Sequence record: LC680884.1
Direction: 5' to 3' (one strand)
DNA: 64,000 nucleotides
Made by a program: the position numbers and the translations under genes. Position 1 is the first letter of the stretch. Each line of letters starts with the position of its first letter. This document shows positions 1-8,026 of the stretch, in pieces. Under the pieces are notes generated by a model. It worked only from the letters and a program-made list of their open reading frames with translations. It did not search any database and was not told the DNA's origin.

Positions 1-467
1 ATTGTTTTATCATCATAGTTGATAATATAACTAAAGCAATTCAATTCTAAAACATGTTCAACTTCTAATGCAATTAAACCTATTTCTTGAGCACCGAATC
101 TTATAAAACGTTTATCAAAAAATTGAACTAAATTATATGTTTTTGTTGAAACTCCCTGTGACCAAAGTAGATTTTCAATTCTTAAGAGATTAGGGGTATA
201 AACAGTAACATTTGGTTCTCCTAATTTTCCCATTGAATAGTAACCATATAAGATTAAGTCACCCAGAGAACCTACATGATCAGGATGCGTATGAGTTAAG
301 AGTACAGCTATCTTTTCAACATCATCTAATAATTTAGCTTCTTGCATTCGACTAAATGTTGTACTACCGCAATCAATTAGAAATAAGGTTTTGTCCTTTT
401 TAATAAAAGCAGAATTATTTCCAAGTTTAGTATTAAATGCACTTCCAGTACCAATAAAATTAAGCAT
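1..467 (-). CDS. Metallo-beta-lactamase-fold hydrolase (RNase Z/YhfI-like), runs off the window edge
   Basis: Hand-translated, not in the ORF track: MLNFIGTGSAFNTKLGNNSAFIKKDKTLFLIDCGSTTF...LTHTHPDHVGSL. Has the GTGS, DCG and HxHxDH motifs; SD AGGAG precedes ATG at 467. Confidence 0.85.
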   Translation of the reverse strand, partial: MLNFIGTGSAFNTKLGNNSAFIKKDKTLFLIDCGSTTFSRMQEAKLLDDVEKIAVLLTHTHPDHVGSLGDLILYGYYSMGKLGEPNVTVYTPNLLRIENLLWSQGVSTKTYNLVQFFDKRFIRFGAQEIGLIALEVEHVLELNCFSYIINYDDKT

Positions 468-495
468 AATGTCTTCTCCTTATAATTTTATATCT

Positions 496-507
496 TAATT
501 TACTGTT
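496..507 (-). promoter_or_regulatory. Late-type promoter motif AACA-N6-TA
   Basis: AACAGTAAATTA on the minus strand, ~30 nt upstream of the MBL gene. The motif is short and common in AT-rich DNA. Confidence 0.45.
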
Positions 508-765
508 AACCTTTTCTTTTTTTCTTCTTAATTTTTCTATAATTAATTTTTACAGGATTTTTCCCTGCTTTCATTAATATCTTTTCTTTATCACTTAAAA
601 ATATTTTTTTACTTGTGTTGCTTTCATTTATAATATCATCAATATTTCTATTTGAAAAGTAATTCAATTTCTTCATATCCCTTCTTAAAAATTTCCTTAA
701 AAAATGAGCAGTTTTTATAACATTGAATTAAACAAAATATCATAATAATTAAGGAGATGATATAC

Positions 766-1410
766 ATGAAGAAGGCTCTAATAGTTTTAGCATTCTTATT
801 AGCCATCCCCGTATTATTGGCAAATAAAGCATATGCGGCTACAAACCATACAGTTCAAAAAGGAGAAACGCTTTGGGGAATAAGTCAAACAAATGGTATC
901 ACACTTTATGAACTAAGAAAAGCAAATAATAAATGGGATGATTTAATTTTGATTGGTCAAAATATTATTATCCCAGCTAAAGGTGAATCTGTTTCTAAAC
1001 CTACAGTTAAAAATACTAAACAGTCAAAGCAAACTACTTCATCGGAAGTTAAAGCACCATCTAGTGATAGAGATTTATTAGCTAGATTAGTTAGAGCAGA
1101 AGCTGAAAGTGAACCTTATGCTGGTAAAGTAGAAGTTGCTAAAGTCGTTTTAAATCGTGTAAATAATGATCAATTCCCGAATTCTATTCAAGGAGTTATT
1201 TATGAAAGTGGTCAATTTTCTCCAGTTTCAAATGGCTCTATTTACAAATCAGCTGATTCTGAGTCTGTAAGAGCAGTAAATGAAGCATTTAATATTGGAG
1301 GAAACGGACAAGGTTCACTTTATTTTTATAATCCTTCAACAGCAACAAGTAGATGGTTGGATAGTAGACCAACCGTTAAAGTTATTGGAAATCATGTATT
1401 TAAACGATAA
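766..1410 (+). CDS. Secreted LysM + SleB/Hydrolase_2 cell-wall lytic transglycosylase
   Basis: Signal peptide MKKALIVLAFLLAIPVLLANKAYA; LysM HTVQKGETLWGIS; catalytic LLARLVRAEAESEPYAGKVEVAKVVLNRV...GQFSPV...LYFYNP...IGNHVF. Start moved to 766 to fit SD spacing. Confidence 0.9.
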   Translation: MKKALIVLAFLLAIPVLLANKAYAATNHTVQKGETLWGISQTNGITLYELRKANNKWDDLILIGQNIIIPAKGESVSKPTVKNTKQSKQTTSSEVKAPSSDRDLLARLVRAEAESEPYAGKVEVAKVVLNRVNNDQFPNSIQGVIYESGQFSPVSNGSIYKSADSESVRAVNEAFNIGGNGQGSLYFYNPSTATSRWLDSRPTVKVIGNHVFKR

Positions 1411-1443
1411 AAAAAATAACTCTCTTTTAGAGAGTTATTTTTT
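1411..1443. terminator. Bidirectional intrinsic terminator
   Basis: AAAAAATAACTCTC-TTTTA-GAGAGTTATTTTTT between convergent genes. Confidence 0.85.
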
Positions 1444-1447
1444 AAAA

Positions 1448-1675
1448 TTATTTATTAAGAATTATTAAATTTTTTTCAATAAATACTTCAGGAAAAGCAA
1501 AATGGATAACATTTTTATTTTTCTCTTTATCTTTAAATAAAAGATTATATTGTATACTATTATCATTAACATAGGAATCAATCTCGACTATTGTTGATTC
1601 TGAAAATTTTTCTTTCCCTATTTGAATTTCTTCTTTTAACTTAAATTGTGTACCTATATTATACATATTAATCAT
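1448..1675 (-). CDS. Hypothetical protein
   Basis: 75-aa ORF in operon orientation, followed by a terminator. Confidence 0.6.
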   Translation of the reverse strand: MINMYNIGTQFKLKEEIQIGKEKFSESTIVEIDSYVNDNSIQYNLLFKDKEKNKNVIHFAFPEVFIEKNLIILNK

Positions 1676-1756
1676 CCTTTATTATTTTATAGTGTCATAG
1701 TAGACTTTTTTTTGTAATCATTAATAGCATAATTAATTTGAAGATAGTTATTTAAC

Positions 1757-2080
1757 CTATCTTAAGACAATATATCTTTCAGGATTATCATACATTGAGA
1801 GAAATCTAACTGCTATAACAGTATTCTTATTGTTATCAATATATAATTCTCTATCTATTGATACTGGTCGCATTCGATAATCTTTATTCATTAAATAACT
1901 GTTAAATTCTTCTTTACTTACCTTATCGAATTCATTTTCATTAGGGCAATAAAATTCATTATTTTCTCTTTCTTTAAGAGATTTTTCAGCTTCATTTGCA
2001 GTGAGAAGAGATTCTTTTGCACATTCTAATAATTCCTCTTTATTTTCCTCATAATACACTTTCATAATATCATTGTCCAT
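1757..2080 (-). CDS. Hypothetical protein
   Basis: 107-aa ORF, tightly coupled to the upstream gene. Confidence 0.7.
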   Translation of the reverse strand: MDNDIMKVYYEENKEELLECAKESLLTANEAEKSLKERENNEFYCPNENEFDKVSKEEFNSYLMNKDYRMRPVSIDRELYIDNNKNTVIAVRFLSMYDNPERYIVLR

Positions 2081-2082
2081 GT

Positions 2083-2817
2083 TTATCTAGCTCCTCTCAG
2101 CAGAGTAATTTCAGTATCTAATAGTACTTTCTTCGTAATTTTAATCTCATTAATAACATAGTCATTCTCTTGTTTATTAAGAAGATTTATTGCCATTTCT
2201 TTAACTTCATCAATACTTAATTCTTTTTCCGAAGGTATTTTATAAAGTGGAAGACAAATCATTCCAAATGCATTAGTGACGTTAAATTTAATATTATATT
2301 CAAAGAATGGATTAATACTAGATAAACTATCAATATTAATTGGCTTCAGATCCGTACATTCAATACTTACACACTTATATTTATCTTGATTCATACCTTC
2401 AATATTACTATGAAGATGTCCATGGATATTTTTAGTAATACCGTAATCAGAAAGAATCCTAAGATTAACTTCACTGAGTGGTTCATGAGTAAGAATAAGA
2501 TCTTTATATTGATACATTCTATAAGGCATAAATCCAAAACGTTTAAATTTAGTTTTTGAAACACCATTATCATGATTACCAAGAACAAGAATATTTCTAG
2601 TCTTCTTAAGCTTATCTACAATATATTTCATTCTTTCTGTCTTACAGAAAAACATATCTCCAAGCCAAAATACTGTATCACCTTCAGATACAGTATCATT
2701 GAAATTTTTGATAATAGCTTCATCCATTTCATCAGTATCATTAAAATCTCTTATTTTTTCATATTTTAAAATACCTTTATGTCCAAAATGTGGATCACTG
2801 ATCACCCAATTAGTCAT
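2083..2817 (-). CDS. Calcineurin-like metallophosphoesterase
   Basis: ISDPHFGH, LGD, LGNHD, THEP and IHGHLH motifs. Confidence 0.88.
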   Translation of the reverse strand: MTNWVISDPHFGHKGILKYEKIRDFNDTDEMDEAIIKNFNDTVSEGDTVFWLGDMFFCKTERMKYIVDKLKKTRNILVLGNHDNGVSKTKFKRFGFMPYRMYQYKDLILTHEPLSEVNLRILSDYGITKNIHGHLHSNIEGMNQDKYKCVSIECTDLKPINIDSLSSINPFFEYNIKFNVTNAFGMICLPLYKIPSEKELSIDEVKEMAINLLNKQENDYVINEIKITKKVLLDTEITLLRGAR

Positions 2818-2864
2818 TATAAATTCTCCCCTTATTTCTCTAATTTTCTAGTATTCATAATTAC

Positions 2865-4082
2865 CTATCTAACTAAAATTAATTTTTCTTTTGCTCTAGT
2901 AATTCCTGTGTATAACCAATTTTTATGAAATTTCTTATTTAATCTTTCCTCAAACAATAGTACATTATCAAATTCAGAACCTTGGCTTTTATGACAACTA
3001 ATGGCATATCCAAATTTAAATTCACTAATACCATAAGTTTCAATAATTTTCTTTCTAAATACATAAAGAGATTTTTCATCAAATGATTCCCTTACCTTTT
3101 CATTCATAAAAGGAATTTTATTCATATATAATTTAGGGAATTTTTCTTCTTTAAAGAATTCTGGTCTAAAACTTATCTTATATGTAGCAGATCTTTTTTG
3201 ATTTTCAATAGATTCTATTCTACCTATAAGACCATTTACTAATGAAACTTCTAAATTATCTTCATAAATAGTGTGTTCCCATTGATTTTTTCCACAAATA
3301 ATCTTATCTCCCTCTACAGGAAATGGATTTTCTATTCCCAATATAAATCGTCTATGATAAGCATTAATACTTTGTACAGTCTTATTATAACCAGCAATTA
3401 TTTGATCTGCACCTAAAAACATGTCTTTATATAACTCATGCCTTCTAATTACCTGTACCCTATCTCCATGAGTTCCATATGATATAAATTTTCCCTCCCT
3501 TGCCAACATTGATAAATAAATAATTGGGTTATCTAATGCTTGTCTCATAATCTCATCAAGAAAAACATCTGGATTTTGTAATAGAGTGTTACTACTATTG
3601 CCGACTGGGAGCAATTGTCCCGGATCCCCAAGAGCCATTGTCCTAATACCAAAAGAGTGTACTTCGTTAAGCATTCCTGTATCTACCATTGATACTTCAT
3701 CAATTACAACTAATTTAATTTTATCATCCATTTCATCTTTTTCTTTTAACCTGAATATAAATTTAAGGATTTCACCTGTTTCTGGATCTTTAACAGGAAT
3801 AGCATGATAGATAAATTTGTGAATAGTACTAGCACCTACATTTCCCTTTCGTGTTAGAACGTTTGCCGCCATTCCTGTATATGCAATAAATACTACCTCA
3901 TCAACATCTAAACCTATCTCTTCAATTATAAATTTAACTAATGTTGATTTTCCTGTACCTGCTAATCCTGCAATAGTGAATATTCTGTCTGGATCTTTAC
4001 CGTTGGTCTCCCTACCAAAATACCAATCAAGACATTCATTTTTAGCTTTATTTTGTTTATCAGTAAGAGTTATATCAGCCAA
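2865..4082 (-). CDS. Dda/RecD-like SF1B DNA helicase
   Basis: Walker A GLAGTGKS, IDEVSM, GDPGQL, AISCHKSQGSEF and LYTGITRAK motifs. Confidence 0.92.
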   Translation of the reverse strand: MADITLTDKQNKAKNECLDWYFGRETNGKDPDRIFTIAGLAGTGKSTLVKFIIEEIGLDVDEVVFIAYTGMAANVLTRKGNVGASTIHKFIYHAIPVKDPETGEILKFIFRLKEKDEMDDKIKLVVIDEVSMVDTGMLNEVHSFGIRTMALGDPGQLLPVGNSSNTLLQNPDVFLDEIMRQALDNPIIYLSMLAREGKFISYGTHGDRVQVIRRHELYKDMFLGADQIIAGYNKTVQSINAYHRRFILGIENPFPVEGDKIICGKNQWEHTIYEDNLEVSLVNGLIGRIESIENQKRSATYKISFRPEFFKEEKFPKLYMNKIPFMNEKVRESFDEKSLYVFRKKIIETYGISEFKFGYAISCHKSQGSEFDNVLLFEERLNKKFHKNWLYTGITRAKEKLILVR

Positions 4083-4108
4083 TTTGTCTCTCCTCTTCCC
4101 TCTATCTC

Positions 4109-4558
4109 TTAAATAATATTATAATATTTAAGTAACATATCCATTATTATTTTATTTTTATCATTTATATTACATTCAGATACCCTTTCTTTCAATACCT
4201 TGTTATCAATATTTTTAAATTTTACTGAAAATTTATCATTCATCTCTTCAATTTCGATACAATCAATATTATTATCTGCTAAGGTTAAAAAGTGAATAAT
4301 ATATTCATTATGCTCTTGATTTTTAAAAGCATTAAAATAGTCATATTTCTTTTTATTTTTTCTTCTTAATTTTTTAGAAGAATCACTATATACTAAAAGC
4401 ATCTTATCATAATTGTCTCTCAATGGTATTCCTGAAAGAAATATTTTATCATCTTTTAGTTCTAATGTTTCATCATTTTCTGATAGAATCTCTTTAAGTA
4501 ATGAAAATGAAAGATGTGATTCTCGATAAAGAGTATGATGTGAATATTCTTCTGTCAT
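4109..4558 (-). CDS. Hypothetical protein
   Basis: 149-aa ORF; its ATG overlaps the upstream stop (ATGA). Confidence 0.7.
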   Translation of the reverse strand: MTEEYSHHTLYRESHLSFSLLKEILSENDETLELKDDKIFLSGIPLRDNYDKMLLVYSDSSKKLRRKNKKKYDYFNAFKNQEHNEYIIHFLTLADNNIDCIEIEEMNDKFSVKFKNIDNKVLKERVSECNINDKNKIIMDMLLKYYNII

Positions 4559-4719
4559 AGACTACCTCTTCTCTTATTCTTATAATCGATATTAAAACTC
4601 TTAATGCATCTCCTAATAGTTGTTTTACTTACATCTAGTTCGTCTGCTATTTCATTTAATGTCCAAGTAGGATGCTGTTTGATTACTTTTTGTAATTTTC
4701 CTTTTGTTAGCCTAATCAT
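4555..4719 (-). CDS. Small helix-turn-helix DNA-binding protein (54 aa)
   Basis: Hand-translated, below the ORF-track cutoff: MIRLTKGKLQKVIKQHPTWTLNEIADELDVSKTTIRRCIKSFNIDYKNKRRGSL. SD AGGAG; HTH pattern TLNEIADELDVSKTTIRR. Confidence 0.8.
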   Translation of the reverse strand: MIRLTKGKLQKVIKQHPTWTLNEIADELDVSKTTIRRCIKSFNIDYKNKRRGSL

Positions 4720-4731
4720 AATATTTCTCCT

Positions 4732-5367
4732 TTAAGATATAAGTCTTATTGAAAATGAAGTTGGATTGATATTCTTATTGTCAAAACTAGTACTATATGT
4801 TGGATTTTCTTTCTTAACACTATAATTCATTGTAAAAGAAACCCAAGGATCATTTGATATAACTTTTTTCCATATATTTGGGTTCTTAAGCGATTTATAC
4901 TTTCTTTTAAAGAAGCTTATTCTATTATCTACATTTTCAATAATATCCTTAAAAATGTTTCTATCAAAGAACTTAATTAATAATATTCTTGCTAAACTAT
5001 CAGCTTTTAATTCTTCTTCACAATATTCTATATTCATTTTATTTGGATTGTAATCTTGGTTAAAGAAAGTATGTTCACCACAAAAATGATGCCCTAATTC
5101 ATGAAGGAATGTATATATTATATCACCTTCTGTAAGTAAAAATTTACTATCCAGAATAATTGTGATTCTTTTTTTATGAAATTCATAGTATCCCTGTAAA
5201 GTTTCTTTTTCATTATCCATTCTATTTCTTAAAATAACAGAATCTACCCTTTTCATATAAAGATAATCTATCATTTTATTTTTTTGTAAAGTTCTCAAAC
5301 AATGAAAGATTGCATATTTTGCTTTTTTACTCCATTCACTATCAACCTTGTCAATTACACAAATCAT
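4732..5367 (-). CDS. ImmA/IrrE-like zinc metallopeptidase (HExxH)
   Basis: YTFLHELGHH followed by EEELKADSLARILL, the IrrE/ImmA-type HExxH...E.xA.A pattern. Confidence 0.7.
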   Translation of the reverse strand: MICVIDKVDSEWSKKAKYAIFHCLRTLQKNKMIDYLYMKRVDSVILRNRMDNEKETLQGYYEFHKKRITIILDSKFLLTEGDIIYTFLHELGHHFCGEHTFFNQDYNPNKMNIEYCEEELKADSLARILLIKFFDRNIFKDIIENVDNRISFFKRKYKSLKNPNIWKKVISNDPWVSFTMNYSVKKENPTYSTSFDNKNINPTSFSIRLIS

Positions 5368-5407
5368 TGTTCTTCCTCCATTTATTTATTATATTTTTAT
5401 CTTTATT

Positions 5408-5420
5408 ATAATATAAATTT
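5408..5420 (-). promoter_or_regulatory. Early-type promoter motif (1 mismatch)
   Basis: AAATTTATATTAT, 12/13 match to the repeated 13-mer, ~40 nt upstream of the peptidase gene. Confidence 0.5.
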
Positions 5421-5440
5421 CATTTTTTAAATAAACTTTG

Positions 5441-5452
5441 AACAATTACTTA
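5441..5452 (+). promoter_or_regulatory. Late-type promoter motif
   Basis: AACA-ATTACT-TA, 20 nt before the structural gene at 5472. Confidence 0.6.
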
Positions 5453-5471
5453 GAGAAGGAGGAATTTAATA

Positions 5472-7427
5472 ATGCTAGATGTATTTGAGAATAACTTATT
5501 AACAAATGCAAATTTTGAAGGAGTTTTTGATGGAATCGTTATGGAAAGTAATGACGATAACTCAATTATTGTATATATACCTAAACTATTTATAAGTATA
5601 AATGAAAAAGATAATATATTAATTGCAAATGAGAATATAAAGAATACAAATATAATTGGAAATGATATAACAAAAACATCTGTTAAAACTATTAATGGGA
5701 TTGTATGTAAGCCATTAATTAAAAATCAGCAACTTATAATACCAGAAAAAGGAGAACATGTTGTTGTTGTATTTTTAGATGGTGATCCTCAAAGAGCATA
5801 CTATCTTAACTATAATATTTATGGGGATATCAGTGATAATAAATTCACTAAATCTCTCAGAGAAGAAAGCAATAAATTTAATATTTTAAATATTATTGAT
5901 GAATTTTCTCTCATATATAATAAGAGCAATAAATGCTTCTATATTACTAACGATTCATATCAAATTAGAATCTGTCCTGAAGGTATAACTTTTCTTAAGG
6001 ATGGAGAGGAAATTGATATGAAAGGAAAAGATGGTAAACAAGGCGAACGAGGTGAAAAAGGAGAACAGGGGGAGAAAGGTGAGAAGGGAGAAACAGGAGA
6101 GAAAGGTGAACAAGGCGAACGAGGTGAAAAAGGAGAGCAAGGAAAAAGGGGTGAAAAAGGTGAGAGAGGTGATCCTGGTCCAAGGGGAGAACCAGGACCA
6201 GCAGGAATGGACGGAATTCCCGGAGAGAAAGGTGAACAAGGAGAGAAGGGTGAACAAGGCGAACGAGGTGAAAAAGGAGAAAAGGGAGATCCTAGAACTT
6301 GGGATGATTTAGAAAATAAGCCTATTGGAAAAGAAGGTCAATCTTATTTTATTTCATCTAACAACTCTAGTGATGTTACCTTGGATTATACATTACATGA
6401 AGGAAATTTTATTGAAAATGATCAAGAATTAATTGATGCTAAAGGAAAGGAAGTTACTTTTAAAGAAATATACAATGAATGGCAAAGATTTTCTCATTCT
6501 AAGAAATCAGAGGATCAACCAGCGTCTACTGATGAAATCACTAAATGGAGTTATAATGACGCTAGTGATAGTATTAAATGTACTGTAAATTCTAGCACAT
6601 ATATAGGTTTTGTTAGTCATGAAAAATATGATAACTTTGTTCATGAAGCAGTACTCTCATCAACTAATGGAGATGATGATACTATTGGTTTAATTGCTGC
6701 ATTTACAACTGATTCTAGTGGAAGAGAGTATACAATATCAGCAATAAGAGTAAGAAACAACGACCAAGGACATGTCCAAGTTAATGGAGTAAATTATCAA
6801 TGGGCATTAGTTTATAATTATGGAAGATCAGATGAAAAGGTACTTGCCTTTAAGAATATCAATGATACTACTGGAGCATGGAAAGATATACCGAATGGTA
6901 CTAAAATAAGTATTAGACGTGAAGGAAATAAAATTCAGGCATTAACATCTTTATTTAATAGTAAAACTCTACTTGAGGAATCTATTTTAGAAATTGAGTT
7001 AACATCATTGGATATTCTTAAAAAATTTATAGGCGCACAACAATATGGATTCTCATGTTATTCCCAAAATGAAACAACATTTAGTGATTTATATTTTGCA
7101 GTTAATAATAATCTTATTTATGATATTAGAAATAATGATGTTTGGAAATTTGTGAATTACAAATGGATCATACAAACTAGTAGAAGCACAATAAAAGATT
7201 TTGGAGCAGGTAAATTTCTCATTAATTTACAGACAAGAAAATTATTTTACACAGATGTTAATGGAATTAAATTAATAATTTCAGGAAGAAATAATGATTC
7301 ATATGATACAAGTAATCGCCCAACAAAAAATCTATTTATAGGTATGCAGATTTATGATAAGAATTTAAAGAAACCATTATGGTATGATGGAAAAAATTGG
7401 AGAGATTCTACAGGAACGATTGCATAA
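5472..7427 (+). CDS. Virion protein: gp5/gpV-like OB-fold N-terminus, collagen-like stalk and C-terminal beta domain (baseplate spike or fibre)
   Basis: [21 protein letters not shown] resembles the spike OB-fold signature; 30 Gly-X-Y triplets; C-terminal [28 protein letters not shown] tail-fibre-like motif. Confidence 0.7.
   Translation: MLDVFENNLLTNANFEGVFDGIVMESNDDNSIIVYIPKLFISINEKDNILIANENIKNTNIIGNDITKTSVKTINGIVCKPLIKNQQLIIPEKGEHVVVVFLDGDPQRAYYLNYNIYGDISDNKFTKSLREESNKFNILNIIDEFSLIYNKSNKCFYITNDSYQIRICPEGITFLKDGEEIDMKGKDGKQGERGEKGEQGEKGEKGETGEKGEQGERGEKGEQGKRGEKGERGDPGPRGEPGPAGMDGIPGEKGEQGEKGEQGERGEKGEKGDPRTWDDLENKPIGKEGQSYFISSNNSSDVTLDYTLHEGNFIENDQELIDAKGKEVTFKEIYNEWQRFSHSKKSEDQPASTDEITKWSYNDASDSIKCTVNSSTYIGFVSHEKYDNFVHEAVLSSTNGDDDTIGLIAAFTTDSSGREYTISAIRVRNNDQGHVQVNGVNYQWALVYNYGRSDEKVLAFKNINDTTGAWKDIPNGTKISIRREGNKIQALTSLFNSKTLLEESILEIELTSLDILKKFIGAQQYGFSCYSQNETTFSDLYFAVNNNLIYDIRNNDVWKFVNYKWIIQTSRSTIKDFGAGKFLINLQTRKLFYTDVNGIKLIISGRNNDSYDTSNRPTKNLFIGMQIYDKNLKKPLWYDGKNWRDSTGTIA
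6024..6293 (+). repeat. Collagen-like (Gly-X-Y)30 coding repeat
   Basis: [15 protein letters not shown]...GEK GDP; 30 uninterrupted triplets counted. Confidence 0.95.
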
Positions 7428-7442
7428 TAGGAGGATATCTAA

Positions 7443-8015
7443 GTGTATATTATTCGTAACTATAGGAGATTTAGACGTAAGACTGAATATATTATTATAA
7501 CTCATGCAAGAAATTTAATGGAAAAAGTTTATATTGATCCCTCTGTAATCCAAAGTACTAATAAGTATACTTGGGGAATTTGGCAAAAATATTTTATTGA
7601 GGACTTAAAGAAACCAGCATTGCCTTGCCATTATTTTGAAGAATATTTAGATAGAGATTATGCAGTATTTAAAGGAATTGCAGATTTTCAACCTAGTTAT
7701 TTTATTGAGGATTTAGTATCAGCAGGAGTTATTGAGTATAAGTATTTAAATAGTATATTGATTGTTATTGGGGATGATTTTTCAGTCAATACTATTGAAA
7801 ATAGACTAGCTGAACATCTATGTGATAAAGTCATTACACCTCTTCTAAGGACTTATGAGTTAGATTTTACTAGAGTAAAATATATAGATGATTGTCTTGA
7901 AGAATCATGGGAAGAAAACTTAAAATATTCAACACTTGAATATAAGTATGTGAAAGCAAAATATTTTGACTTTCAAACAATTAAAAGCAATATTGATAAA
8001 TACAAAAAGAAATAG
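7443..8015 (+). CDS. Degenerate Amidase_2/PGRP-fold protein
   Basis: EYIIITH...LPCHYF...AVFKG...NSILIVIGDDF follows the T7-lysozyme/PGRP layout, but the Zn ligands are largely absent. Confidence 0.45.
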   Translation: MYIIRNYRRFRRKTEYIIITHARNLMEKVYIDPSVIQSTNKYTWGIWQKYFIEDLKKPALPCHYFEEYLDRDYAVFKGIADFQPSYFIEDLVSAGVIEYKYLNSILIVIGDDFSVNTIENRLAEHLCDKVITPLLRTYELDFTRVKYIDDCLEESWEENLKYSTLEYKYVKAKYFDFQTIKSNIDKYKKK

Positions 8016-8026
8016 AGGTGTAATTA

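Noticed and set aside
510-720. AT-rich intergenic region with TGCTTTCATT present twice: possible origin or operator
   Set aside because: Only two short copies in very AT-rich DNA; not distinguishable from chance by eye.
1280-3807. ORFs 1280-1468, 2391-2588, 2572-2769 and 3586-3807
   Set aside because: Fully overlap genes with clear catalytic motifs.
5955-6312. ORFs 5955-6257, 5995-6183 and 6031-6312
   Set aside because: Shadow frames of the collagen repeat; low complexity.
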